Positions 42,232 to 55,666 of a DNA stretch of 64,000 nucleotides are shown here, in pieces (the first letter of the stretch is position 1; every line of letters starts with the position of its first letter). Below the pieces are notes generated by a model. The model saw only the letters and a program-made list of their open reading frames with translations, searched no databases and was not told where the DNA came from. The DNA is taken from NCBI RefSeq assembly GCF_009914755.1, contig NC_060928.1; one strand, given 5' to 3'. This stretch comes from the human T2T-CHM13v2.0 reference genome, Homo sapiens. Position numbers and translations under genes: made by a program.

Positions 42232-42627
42232 TTTCTTCAAAAATTAAGAAGTTGATAGCTTAGGTCTTCTTTGTGGAAAACAGCATGTCAGGGAAAATTC
42301 TTGAATTAAGAAGGTTAGCTTCCTTCTTTGTTCTCTGCCTATACAACTGAGACCCCTGATTTTTCCCCAGCCTTTCTCATGAGTCTAGAATTGCCCAGAT
42401 TCCTTTGACTAACTCTGAACTTTCTTTTATACCCATGGCCCAAGGAATGTTTTTCCCTGCCTGAAGATGGTACAAAATGTTCAGTCATGCCCTGTACTCC
42501 CTGAAAGGCTTCTGTAATGGGATAGACTGTCCTACCTCAAATCAAGCTCTCATTAAACCACATTAATTCATGAGTGAATTGCTATGCTTTCTTCAAAAAT
42601 TAAGAAGTTCACAGCTTAGGACTTCTT
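42232..42627 (+). repeat. Direct repeat, 40 bp (42232-42271 and 42588-42627)
   Basis: tttcttcaaaaattaagaagtt(g/c)a(t/c)agcttagg(t/a)cttctt; 37/40 identical. Confidence 0.92.
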
Positions 42628-43759
42628 ACGGATTAATGAATCCCTTGGGAATTAATGAATTCACAAAACACCACTTGAGTTAAAAACAGATTAGAATAAA
42701 ACAAAATATCCTTCTTCTTTACATTAACCCCAAGTTGATCTTCAGGTTAAAAGGGTACAACTGTGGCCATTCTTATGTTTTCTCCACAGATAAGCATTGT
42801 TAGTCTTCGCTGTTCTCTACTGTAGTTTGTATTCTTCTGTTTTCTTCATAAAGGGGTTGAGGATTGAGGAAATGAGCAATTAAATATTATTTTTTGGGTA
42901 TTTGTTCCCAAGATGGGGAAAAAATCACATTCTGTTGATAAAATGCACAATGAAAATATATGAAGAAAAGCTCTGTGGAACCAGAACCAACTAAAGAATC
43001 TGATCAGAATTTTTTTTTTAACAAGAACAAAGCAAAACAAAACAAGCATGCATTTGCTCCATCTGTCACTGTCCCATGGAAAATAGGGTGGGGTTTACCC
43101 AGATTTAATTTGTTGACATAACGACATAAGGGACAACACTAATTTAATCTTGTCTTCAAAATCAAATAACGATTAACCACACTGAATTCTTCCCACAAAT
43201 TGCATTACTATTTTTTATTATTCTAACTCATTATCCACAAGAGTCCTGCTTTTAAGGGCGGACTTTCTATTATGGGTTGTTACAATTGATTAAATGAGAG
43301 GCATCTAAAATGTTTTCTTGGAATCCCAATGACGTTGCTAATGCAGACTGAGATTTGAATAACTACAGCTGAAACTATAAACGGAAGATGAAAATTATGC
43401 CTCCAGATGTGGGGAGTGTTTCACAACACACATCATTCTCCTGCCTCTTAATCTAAAATAATAATAATAATAATAGATGATTCATGGTTTCAAAGCAAGT
43501 TTTTCCATGCTTAGAAACCACATTTTCATTGTGTGACCACAGTTTTTAAAGGATTTTCATCGGAAAGATAAAGAAGGGTTGATGAAGTGATAATTGCCTT
43601 GAGATAAAATGTAAATTTCATGAATTTTTTTCAAGGTTAAGATTTTTGCAATTGTTAGCTTTTTCTTCAGTTTATCTCACTCCTATATCTTAATTCCTAT
43701 TTTCAGAGCCTTTCTCAATTCATGCTGCACTTTTATTGGATGATTTCATTCTTTGGGTA

Positions 43760-43920
43760 CAAAACAATATTGAGGAAGGAATTACTATTATCCCTCTTTT
43801 ATGGGTGAGGAAACAGAGGTTCAGAGAAATTAAACAATTTATTGAGCAAGGTCACATAACTAGCAAGAGACAAAGGTGGGATTGGTGCCCAGGCTGGCCC
43901 AATGCCAAAATTAATGCCTT
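43760..43920 (-). mobile_element. MIR
   Basis: ttttatgggtgaggaaacagaggttcagagaaattaa...caaggtcacataactag. Confidence 0.82.
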
Positions 43921-44497
43921 TTCTAGAAACCTATATTGTCACCAGCCCTGATTTCCATCTCCTTGTTAACCTCAGGAAAGCTCCTGAAAATTTTGACATG
44001 CTTAGAAAAGATTTCCCAAGTTAATCTCCCATAGACTTGGAGGACAGAGGCTAGTTCTGGTTATTCTCTGCATCTGGAGAGCTTGGTACAAGGTTGGCAG
44101 CAGAGTATCCGTTCATTAGAACAGCTTTAACTGAGGGACTAGTTTCTCTATTTAATCTGCATTAATGGAGTCCTACTGGATGGGGAAGCAGGTAACAGAG
44201 AAGACCAAAGGAGAAAGGGAAGGAGGAAGGGATGGAGGCTGAAGAGAAAAACAAAGAGGCTTGAGAGGCCCCAGAGAAGGACTGGTGACATATGATGGCC
44301 ACGAAACCCGCCCAGGTTTTAGTTGACCTCCAAGAGGCCTTTGCAGTAATAGAAGAGAAGAGCATATCTGAAAGAAATTATCAGGAGCAGAATGGCAGGC
44401 ACAGAATATTTCTCCATTATCTGCTAGAGGAAAAAGAAATGTAGGTTCTTAAAAACAACTTGTTTTGTTCTACTCTCACACTGTTAAATTATAAATC

Positions 44498-44802
<305 letters not shown>

Positions 44803-45417
44803 TAAAGCTAGACAGGCAAAATTTACCAATCTTAAAAAAATGCTATATAGCATTTATTTAGTTAATAGTCTGGGTCAGACATTCTGCTAACTGATATGCT
44901 TATATTACCTCATTTAATCCTCACAACAATTCTATGAAATAATTACTATTATTCCCCTTTGTACAGATGAATGGGCTCAGATAAGTTAAGTAACTTGCCC
45001 AAAGTCAGAAAGCAATAACCTCTTTTATTTTTGTTCCATATGTTATATATGTTACATATGTTTATATATGTTTTATCCTCTGTAAAACAGTGATTATAAC
45101 AGCTCCCTATTGGAGTTGTGTCCCAGTGAAAAGAGAAAATGTATATATGGGAACAGAGTCCAGCATACAGCAAATAACAGATCTTCACTCAGTCACTTAA
45201 AGCAGAAGTACAGATGTGGTTTGAATGCAGGTGGTTAAGGTCCCATGTGTTACAACAAAATACAGGGGTCAAAGCACTTGCTCTGGCTTATTCATCTGGA
45301 TGGGTTATCTTGGCTTTTTAAGCTAGCCCTGTTTCCTTAGTTCTATATGCTAATATATAACAATGATAGAATGTGCCTCATGAGGCTATTGTTAATAATC
45401 AAATGAGGTTATGCATT

Positions 45418-46220
45418 TGGGTAGGTAGAATTCTACTATGCCCCCTATAATCTCTGCCCTCTGGTGTCATGTTTTTTGTAATCCCCTACCCCTGAGTGTG
45501 GAAGGCACCTGTGACTTGCTTCTAACTAATAACATGTCAATGGCAATGGGCTATCATTCCTGTGATTAAGTTCCATTATATAAGACAAGCTAGTCCAACT
45601 GGCAACCTGAGGACTGCATGTAGCCCAGGACAGCTTTGAATGTGGCCCAACACAAATTTGTGAACTTTCTTAAAATATTAAGAGAGTTTTAGTTTTTGTG
45701 TGATTTTTGTTTAGTGCATCAGCTATCATTTGTGTTAGTGTATTTTATGTGTGGCCCAAGAAAATTCTTCTTCCAGTGTGGTCCAGGGAACCCTAAAGAG
45801 TGGACACCCCTGATATAAGACTTTGTTTTAGCAGAGCAAAAAGAAAGATTCTCCTGCTGGCCTTGAAGAAACAAACAGCCATGTTGTGAGCTGCCATGAA
45901 GGGGCCACGCAGCCAGTAACTACAGGCAGCCCCTAGGAGCTGAGGTAGCCTCCAGCTGACCATCAGTAAGAGGCCAGGGCCTTCAGTCATGAAGCCACAA
46001 GGAAACAACCTGAGAAATCTTGGAAGTAGATTCTTCCTTAGTTGAGTCTCCAGATGAGAATGCAGCCCAGGTGACACCTTGATTGCAGCCTTGTCAGTTC
46101 CAGAGCAGAGGACTCAGCTAAGACTTCTGACCCATAGAAATTGACAGATAATAAATGTGTGCTGTTTTAGTCTGATAAGTTGTAGCAATTTCTTATGCAG
46201 CAAGAAATAACCTAATACAT
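45418..46220 (+). mobile_element. MLT1E/F-like LTR interrupted by MER30
   Basis: gtaggtagaattct...gtaatcccctacccctgagtgtgg...ctccagatgagaatgcagccc...aaataacctaataca. Confidence 0.85.
45586..45812. mobile_element. MER30 hAT-Charlie element
   Basis: gctttgaatgtggcccaacacaaattt...tggacacccctg; perfect 8-bp TSD atataaga at 45578-45585 and 45813-45820. Confidence 0.93.
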
Positions 46221-46868
46221 ACATATAAAGCATTTGGCACCGGGCCTTGTATGTATTAGTCTTCAAAAAAATACTACGGGTATCTTCTACATATGTCAAT
46301 CAGTAAACATATGTTTACAGAGTTCTTACTTGTGCATAAAATATCTCTTTAAAAGACAAATGCATTTATTGAATTCATGCCTTCTATATAGTTAAGACAA
46401 ATATATTTTTAGAACTTTCTAGTTAATGTCCAGAGTTACAGAACACTCTTAGGGTGCTAGATAGCTATATTGTAACAAGGTCTCAGAGACGCTGTGAATG
46501 CATAAGATTCAACTATGTGCCTAGAATATGAAAGGCCTCCAAATAAGGAGTGAATCTGTAAAGTGGATGGGTGAGACTGACTTTATATAATAAGCCATGT
46601 CATTTGTTTTTAGGCTTTTGTCATATTACTAAATGACAATTTTTAGCAAACTAAATGATAGCAGCAAACTTCAGTTTACTCACGTTTAGCCACGATACAA
46701 TACACATATGCTTTTAAAATCCTCTCTAACAGCTAGTGAGAATTCAGCCTGAGACAAATTCATAAATATGTATTTTATAACTTGTTTGGTGGGACATTAC
46801 AAAATGAAGCTAGCTTTATCTATCAGTTATTCAATCAATGGAAATAGAATACTTTCACAATACAGGCT

Positions 46869-46930
46869 GCTCCTGCTCTAAGGCTGCTGATGTTGGGGGG
46901 CTCCTTCTCTAAGGCTGTTGATGTTTGGAG
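46869..46930 (+). repeat. 31-bp tandem duplication
   Basis: gctcctgctctaaggctgctgatgttggggg / gctccttctctaaggctgttgatgtttggag. Confidence 0.85.
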
Positions 46931-47378
46931 GCTTCTCCCTCAGACTCCTGTTACCTCTAGAGAAGGGGATTACATGTCCATGGACACACTGACAAAAGTA
47001 TTCAAAGACCAAACCAAAGAAAGTCTTCATCTTTCCATACACTAGAGCTCTCCTTGGCTACAACACTGAGTTAGGACTCCACTTACACAGTTTTTCCATA
47101 CCTAGTTGAGCATTTTTTCATTATATTAACCTTGAAATAAGTGAGGACTAGTTTTTATTAACCCATGCATTCCTTCAATAAATAAGTCATTCAGTACCTA
47201 CCCTATGCCAGTAAAATAAAACAGAAGAACCTAAAGAAGTTTAGTGACTTGACTGATGTCACACACTTGAAATGCAGGAGAGTTGGAACTCACACATACA
47301 GCCAGCTCTGTTGGTCTGTTCCCAACATGTCCTCTGGCCACAACAGCACTCACTTGTTTCTGTCATAATGATGTAGGA

Positions 47379-47717
47379 TGCAGGAGCATGGATGAAGCTG
47401 GAAGCCATCATTCTCAGCAAACTACCACAGGAACAGAAAACCAAACACTGCATGTTCTCACTCATAAGTGGGAGTTGAACAATGAGAACACATGGACATA
47501 GGGAGGGGAACATCGCACACTGGGGCCATTCGGGGGCTGGGGGCAAGAGGAGGGAGAGCATTATGACAAATACCTGATGCATGTGGGGCTTAAAACCTAG
47601 ATGACGGGTTGATAGGTGCAGCAAACCAGCATGGCACATGTGTACCTATATAACAAACCTGCATGTCCTGCACATGTATCCCAGAACTTAAAGCAAAATA
47701 AATAAATGAATAAATAA
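47379..47717 (+). mobile_element. L1PA8-like 3' fragment
   Basis: catggatgaagctggaagccatcattctcagcaaact...ggggcttaaaacctagatgacgggttgataggtgcagc...cccagaacttaaag + A-rich tail. Confidence 0.92.
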
Positions 47718-48464
47718 CTTTCTGAAATTAGAAAAAAAAATGCAACCTCAAGGGGAGCAATGACAGTTAGAATTAGTTCTGAAAGACAAATGATGCCTTG
47801 TTGTTCTAACGGGTTTTGCTTAGGACTGTAATTGTCAGGGAAGTACAGAGATGTGTACCAATCCCAATACTCAACACTTGATGACCCCACACTGTGCAAT
47901 GGGGAGGCACTGACTCATTACCTAATTACATCCAACAGTCTTCAGATTGCCCAGTGGCTTGTGTTGATATTTTTGTTTGTAATTTTAAGTCTGCTATGAA
48001 CTACTGCTCTTAAGTATACTTTCCAAATATGCCCTCTCAGAAACATCTCCAAATGATTGAAGGAAAAACAAACACCACCACTTATTTCAAGGTCTTTCCC
48101 ATACTGTATTCCCAGTACTTGCAACCAGCTATACTAGCCACTAATTCATTTATTCAACAAATGTTGATAGATCACACTTTCTACCTGGGGGGCACAATCA
48201 GGATGAAATTGATTTCCACTGGGCAAGAATAACTCTCAATCACTCCCCCTTGTGTCACATGCATCACTCAGCACCTTCTCTCAGTCTTTGCTATAAACTG
48301 CCTTTAATTTCTGTTGCAAAGTCCTCACAAAAACACGTTTGGCTATTTCCAGATCTTGTACAGCTTTTGGCATACACGGCTACATTGACCAACTGAACAG
48401 GCATGGAGAAAAAAACAACCACTAAAGAAAGGACTCTTGAACCCATAGCATGGAAAGGTGTTGA

Positions 48465-48705
48465 TGAGTGACTGTGAGCGTGGGCTGTGGAGCCAGGCTG
48501 CATGGATTTGAAACTTGGCTCTACCACTCACCAGCTGTGTGTGATCCCAGGCACACCCACTTCACTTCACCTGTAAAAGAAGGATAATAATAGCAATTAT
48601 CTCACAGGACTATTGAAGGAATGACAAGAGCTAACATAGGTAAAAAGCTTAGAACAGTAGCTGACATTTGGTAAGCACTCAATAAATGTTAGCTATCATT
48701 ATTAT
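48465..48705 (+). mobile_element. MIR, near full length
   Basis: ggctctaccactcaccagctgtgtgtgat...ttagaacagtagctgacatttggtaagcactcaataaatgttagctat. Confidence 0.88.
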
Positions 48706-50376
48706 AAAGAATATTGAATATTTTCATCCAAATTCTATATATCTTTATATAGGATGTGAATTCACTTTTCATAGTAAATTTGAAAAAAAACTGTCTTATA
48801 AAATCTTCCATATCAGCTACCTTTGGGGGAGTAATTCCAAAGCCATTATCATAAACATGGGCTATTGTTTTATAATCAGGGCAAGAAGAAACAAATGTTG
48901 TTTTTAAAACTTAGATTTAAAACATGAATTAGTTTTGTTATTCTGACTCCTTCACCTCCCCATCGTGGTAAGTACAATTTGTTAATTCCTTTCCGTGTTT
49001 CTGTGCTAAGCTTTCTTTCCACTCTGATTACTCTTGGCTAGTTCTCGACCCAGACTGTCTATATTTGCAATCTGGTTCTTCTACATCTTGTCTATGAGAG
49101 CTTGGAGATGTATTTTACTCTCTGTCAATCAGTATCCTCTTATCAAATGGGAAAATAAGTTGGACCTACCTCTTAGTATTGTTAAGCTGGCACAATACTG
49201 GGCAAAGATAGGTTCCCAATGAATTCTAGCTATGACTGTTACCCTGAGATTTCAGGACAATATCTGACCTCATAGCTGTTCACTGAACACTTTTTGATGT
49301 TATGTTCTATGAGCAGCAGGAGCAATGACTCGGTGCTAGGACAGTGCAGGATGGGTAGCAAAGAATGCAAAGTGTTCCATGAAGCCAGAATATGTGTCAC
49401 TCCAGACATGAAAGCCAAAACCCTCTTCCAGATGTTGAAGCACTCCTGCTCCAAGTCATTGCCAAAAAGCCAGGCCTCTCCACTTTGCTTGGCAATGAAG
49501 ACCAATAATCCACCTTAATTTGGAAAATTCCACTCACGTTCCTGGTCTCTGGCTTTCCACATGTCCCCACAAGGTTTTATGCCAGCTTTGAGTTCCAAAT
49601 GTTGAGGAGGAAGAAAGGAGGGAATGGAAAAAAAAAATAGGTAGAGGAAAGGTCGGAAATTTAAACTGAATTATTTGGTAATGGAAATTCCCTTTCAAGT
49701 CTCTTTCATTCTTTATTTGGATTCCATTGAGTGTGGGCCAAAAGAGAAAAAGGAAAGGTTAAATTCTCCTATCAGATCTGGCAAAGAATCTCAGCCAAGC
49801 AGCTTAAGGGACAGATTAGCTTGCCTGCAAAGCAAAAGTGTTGATACACAAGATGCCAGCAGGCTGCACAGACCCCTCCTTAGAGGCCTTGGCATCCACT
49901 GGCCCTGGGAGGGGCTTGCAGGAGGAAATTGGCCCATAGGCAATAGCTTGATCCTCAAGAAAGTGCAAAACATTCTCTCTGCCCAGGGGTAGAAGGAGGC
50001 TTTAGATATTCTCACCTTAACTAGTCGGATCTGCTTCCCTTTGAAGAATAAACTTTCATATCCTCCCCCCAGAGAAATACTCACAAGATTTTGCCCCCAA
50101 CCTAGGGTTTCATGGACCTCAGCTATCCCACCCACAGACCTTGAACCCCTGTCTTATGAGATCCCCGACCTCTTTGAGAACATCTTACTAAAAGCCTTTC
50201 TATTTTTCACAGGCCTCTTTCCATCAGCCTTCACTAGAGTCAAAACCCTTCTTTTTAAACTAAGATCAGATCCAAAATTCAAAACATGTCTGGCTGTGGC
50301 CTGATGTGTCTGTGTTTAATTCAAAAAAAAAAACTGGCAAGTTTAGTGGGGAAAAATAACCCGAAAAACTGATCCT

Positions 50377-50440
50377 TGGAGTAAATACTGAGCCCTACTA
50401 TTATCTCCTGGAGTAAATATTGGTCTCTACTTTTAGCTCC
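50377..50440 (+). repeat. 32-bp diverged tandem duplication
   Basis: tggagtaaatactgagccctactattatctcc / tggagtaaatattggtctctacttttagctcc. Confidence 0.75.
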
Positions 50441-50955
50441 TGCAGTCCTGGACTGGGTGTTAGGAAAGTCACTCAGCATTTCAGAGTTTTCAATTTTCTC
50501 ATGAATAAAATGGGAATTTATTAGTCACCTGTCAACCTCTTCAGGTTTTTGTCAGGTTACATTTCCTGTTTGTCAAAGTGATTCTCCAATGATAAAAGAA
50601 ACTATGAAATATGAAAGTTTAATGAGCAGCTATCACATGACAGACCCTGAAGATGGGGACATAGGTTCCTCCTTCCCTGAAGGGGCTCCCACGGAGTGGG
50701 GAGGTGGCTGAGGAAGGCAATGACCACAGTTCATTATGAGAAAGCATTCTGATAAAGGCTTGAAGAGGCCTTCCAGGGAGGATTCCATGCCTTCTGAGAC
50801 AATCAGGAGACACTTCCTAAGGGAGAGAAGCATCTGAACTGTTCCCACTAGGGCAGTGAGAGGAGCCAGCTGGGAAAAGGAGGGACAAGATATTTCCATC
50901 AAGGGAATCAGCATGCTCAAACTTAAAGAGGAGAAGTGTAATAATAATGACTGCA

Positions 50956-51314
50956 TGATATGGTTTGGCTGTGTCCCCAGCCAAATCTCATCTTGACTTG
51001 TAGCTCCTATAATTCCCATGTGTCATGGAGGGATCCAGTGGGAGGTAAATGAATCAGGGGGGTAGGTCTGTCCCATGCTGTTCTCATGATAGTAAATAAG
51101 TTTCCTGAGATCTGATGGTTTTACAAAGGGCCTCTCCTGCACACACTCTCTTGCCTGCCACCATGTAAGATATGACTCTGCTCCTCATTTGCCTGCCCCC
51201 ATGATTGGGAGGCCTCCCCAGCCATGTGGAACTGAGTCCATTAAACCTCTTTCCTTTATAAATTACCCAGTTTCAGGTATGTCTTTATTAGCAGCATGAG
51301 AGCAGACTAATACC
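50956..51314 (+). mobile_element. THE1B/C-like solo LTR
   Basis: tgatatggtttggctgtgtcccc...gactaatacc; TSD ctgca/ctgcg. Confidence 0.93.
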
Positions 51315-52369
51315 CTGCGTATTTCAGCTCAGGCTGCTGATACGGACATGAGTGCTTACTGTGATGCTGGGAGTCTTGAATTAAAACACAAATACTGAAA
51401 GGACATTTCAGGGTCACGAAGTGGGGCTGAGGAGGAGAGAGTAGGGAACAAGTCCCCTCTCCAGTCTCCTCACCACCCTGAAAAAAGGCAGAGCTTGGCT
51501 GTTGAGAATATCGATTTTCTCTACTCCCATGTTTCCCTGTGTCCCCATGTCCATGGTTCTATTTAGGGGAGATGCTACAAAAGGCCACACTTCCTCAGTG
51601 TGTCAGATTCTTCCACCTGCCTTTAGACTCTCCAAATTTCAGATTAGAGGACATTTTTAGTTCTTCAAGGTCTTTGGGATCGAGCTCTTAAGCAAGGGAC
51701 CCGGGTGTACATCAAGAAAGCTGAGCCTGCTTTCTGGCAGAGGAAAGCAAGCCTGTCATTCATGTGAAGAGCATCCCCTAAATGATCATGTGTCTACGTG
51801 CATGCAAACACTGGGGATTTAACAAAACCAAAGAAAAGTATTTGGAAGCCCCTTGCCAAATACTTTTCTCATTAAATGTTAAGTGTGTTTGTGTTTTAAA
51901 GGGAAATGTAATCCGTATGTTTCTGATGGACTTAGATTTAATATATCCAAATGCTTCATAGTAATGTCTACCATCCAAGAAGTTCTTGGAACTTGGATTT
52001 TAGTCTGAAATCCTCCTCAAAAATAGAAAGCTATAGATATTTTCTAAGAGAAGGAAGAGCATGAAGCAGGTGGGACAAACTTCAGTTTTTTGTTTAATGC
52101 ATGGAAAAATAAATCTCCCTAAAACAAACTCATCTGTGACAGTTCTCACCTGCCCTTTCTCTTTGGCATTCACAGTTACCTTATTCATTGGGAAGTTGAC
52201 CTCATATCTCACTGTCTAGGACAGTCCCAGTTAATGCCACTTGTCCCAAAATCATTGTCTACAGTGCCCATTTTTATTCTCCAAATATCCTGGTATGAAT
52301 AAGAAATGATGTGATCACCCTAGATAGGGCAGAACTCTGACATGCCCATTCTCTCCTTCCTTCCCCTTT

Positions 52370-52672
52370 GAGATAGCCCGAATACAAATGTAACACAAGC
52401 CACAAATTCAAGCTACATATGTGACTTAACATTTTCTAGTAGCTATATTAAAAATAGTAAAAATGAACAGGCAAAATCAATTTAAATATATTTCATTTAA
52501 CTGAATATATCTAAAATATTATCATTTCTAAATATAATCAACATAAAATATTAACAAAATATTTTACATTACTCTATTTATACTGTCTTTGAAACTTATG
52601 ATGCATCTCAGATTGGACTTACTATATGCCATAACCACATACCACAATTGTCTACTGTACTGGACTGTGCAG
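52370..52672. mobile_element. MER33 hAT-Charlie element
   Basis: attttctagtagctatattaaaaatagtaaaaatgaacagg...tatatctaaaatattatcatttc...ctactgtactggactgtgcag. Confidence 0.8.
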
Positions 52673-53427
52673 TTCTGCTATGAATGTCTTCCATGTCAAG
52701 CTTTTTTACCCCATCTATGGTTAGTAGTTAAATTCATTTACAATGAGTTCCTGTACTTGTATCTTAGTATGTAAAGTGAAGATTTTCAAAGACTGGCTTT
52801 AAAACCCATCATCTTTCCATGGCCTTAATAACAGGAATAAAATCTAGTTTCACACTCAAATCCCAGGAATAACTTTGTATTCAAGGTGGTATCTTGTCTC
52901 CCCTTGAAATACTGAAATCCATTATTTTCATGGGGTAGCCAGACACATAGCAATGCAATTTTTAAGTGAGGAAGAATATATTGGCTATTTCAATATTTCA
53001 CATTAACCTCAGTATACAATCAACAAAGGTTGTTTGCTCTTATTTTTATGTTCTTCTTGTCTGCCACCCTTTAGTGTCCTTTTAGGTCAATAAGATTCTT
53101 GGATTTTTTTTGTTTTTGAAGCCCTGCCCTAGGGCCTCTGCCATGCCTGCAAATATTAGACTCCTAGTCATTGTCCTAGGAAGGTATTTGGGCTCTGACT
53201 TCAACTCTCACTTGTTTAGGAACTCTCTGGCAGGGATTTCCTCCCCAACCATTGGGCCTGAAACATCAAAGGCCATTCACTGACATCTGCTACTGGAAAT
53301 GATGGACTTTCTCCAAAAGTGCCATATTTGATTAGTGATACATTCAATTCTCATTTAAATTGAAGTTGTCACTTCCTTGTCACACTGGGCTCCTAAAAGG
53401 CCATGTTCACATATGCCCATGTGCATG

Positions 53428-53428
<1 letters not shown>

Positions 53429-53463
<35 letters not shown>
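53429..53463 (+). repeat. (CA)n microsatellite
   Basis: About 17 perfect AC units. Confidence 0.97.
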
Positions 53464-53464
<1 letters not shown>

Positions 53465-53571
53465 TTAGTAATTAATGCATTTGTGTATTCTTTTCTTCTC
53501 TCTCCCTGCTTGTATTTCTTCCTTTCTACCTTTTTAGCATTTGCCACTAAGGCTGACATATAATATGTACC

Positions 53572-53934
53572 TGATATGGTTTGGCTGTGTTCCCACACAA
53601 ATCTCATCTTGAATTGTAATCCCCATAATCCTCACGTGTCAAGGGAGGGACCCAGTGGGAGGTGATTGGATCGTGCGGGCAGTTTCCCCCATGCCGTTCT
53701 CATGATAGTAAGTTCTCATGAGATCTGATGGTTTTATAAGTGTTTGACAGTTCCTCCTTCACATGCTCACACTCTTACCTGCCAGCTTGTGAAGAAGGTG
53801 CCTGCTTCCCCTTCTGCCATGATTGTAAGTTTCCTGAGGCCATGTGGAACTGTAAGTCAATTAAACCTCCTTTGTTTATAAATTACCCAGTCTCCGGTAG
53901 TATCTTTATAGCAGTGTGAGAATGGACTAATACA
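53572..53934 (+). mobile_element. THE1D-like solo LTR
   Basis: tgatatggtttggctgtg...ggactaataca; perfect TSD gtacc at 53567-53571 and 53935-53939. Confidence 0.95.
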
Positions 53935-55096
53935 GTACCCAATAAATAGTTCTTAGCTAACTGATATATCTGACAAATTTTAATAAAAAGCAAGAGGTTT
54001 TAAAATTTAAAAATACTCATAACTAAACATTTAAATACGTTAAAAGGCAGCTTTATAATTCCAGATGTCACTACAAACCAACTCAACAGGCTCAAGCCAT
54101 TTCTAATCTGGGAAAGTCTAAAATAAAGCTAATTCTGTTAGCTTTTTAATGGGACAAAAATTACGGTTACTGTGAAAACTTTAACTTAGAACTCTCAGAC
54201 TTGAGGATAATTAAAGTCACAGCTTGAACACTACAGAAATAACTATTTCAATTTAATTTACTATTGCATACAATGTAAGGGCTGATTACTTTCCCCTCAG
54301 CATTTTGGACTTTGATATAACTTCCTTTTTGTGAGTTAAATTTACTTAAGTGTCAATATTTTGCAATTCAAAGTACCAATTAACTTTATGTGTGTTTTTT
54401 CCCCTTTAAAAAAAGCAGCATTCAACAAAATTGTAAATGTTCTCTTGTTTTGCTTCTATCACACACTTTGGGCTTGAGTTGTATTTTGGAAATGTTTGTG
54501 TCAGGATAAGGCAAACTCAGGGTGTTCCTAGGTCAAAAGCTCTAATCATCAAATAAATTCATCACCACATTGGTTTTATTCTTGGACACTCACCCCTTTT
54601 ACCTAAGAATGTAGTATAGCATATTCAAAAGAACAGGTGGTCTACAGAATACTGGGATTTGAAACCTAGATTTCTATGAGATGTTGGGCGAGATATTTTA
54701 ACTTCTCTTAATCTCTCCAAATAATAATAATAATAATACCTATTGAATGCTTATATGCTAGGTACTGTTCCTGGTAATTTTCAAATGTTATCTCATATAA
54801 TAATCATTAAAAATCCCATCTCTCCATTTTGAAGATAAAAAAATGAAGCTTAAAAAAGTTAAATAACATGCTCAGAATCACACAGCTAGTACAGAATAAA
54901 ATCTGGATTCCCAACTCATCCAACAGTTTCAGTTCCACTGCTTTTAATCCCTACTACTTGGATTCTGTAAACTGATGGTGGCACCATTGTTAAGACACAG
55001 ACTGGGAGACTTGATGCAGGGCATGCATCTGGCTCAAGCTTACTGTTGTCAGTGGACCATAGGTGCCCAGAGCTCTAACTCATCCTCTGTTTGACC

Positions 55097-55666
55097 TGTC
55101 AACCTAAAATGAGTGACACAGAGATCAACTCTCCAAAACAAAGAGTTTATTCAGGAAGAATAAGGGATTGCATTTCTGGATATGTGTGCTACGGCAGACC
55201 ATAGGCATATCTGAGAAGGCATAAGCAAGGGAAGCTTTTTTAAACTGTTTAATTTTTTTTTAGAGATGGGGTCTTGCTCTGTCAGCCAGGCTGGAGTGCA
55301 GCAGAACAATCATAGATAAAAGTAGATTCGACCTCCCAGGCTGAAGCGATCCTCCCACCTCAGCCTCCCAAATAGTTGGGATTACAGTGTGAGCCACTGT
55401 GCCCAAGGGGAAGCTTTTAAAGGCAAGACCATTGTTTACAGGAGATTTTCAAAGTCGCTGGTGTTGGTTCATTGGTGGTGCTAGCTGTTGATAGGTGAAG
55501 GCCTTCATAAAAGAGGCTTAACTGGAAAGTTCTGGTTGGGAAAGTCCTTTGTGGCAGTTCCTGTTACTGTCATACCTGTGTGAGGGCCCTTCCTTCATGG
55601 CCTCCCAGTTCCATTTTCTTAGGGTTTGACATGAGTGACTCCATCTTTGTACTGATAATTTTCACA
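55097..55666 (-). mobile_element. MER31-like ERV1 solo LTR containing an Alu monomer
   Basis: Ends agggtttgacatgagtgactccatctttgtactgataattttcaca; 4-bp TSD gacc at 55093-55096 and 55667-55670. Confidence 0.8.
55246..55404 (-). mobile_element. Free right Alu monomer (FRAM-like)
   Basis: Single arm with T-tail; flanked by aagggaagcttttttaaa / aaggggaagcttttaaa. Confidence 0.85.
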
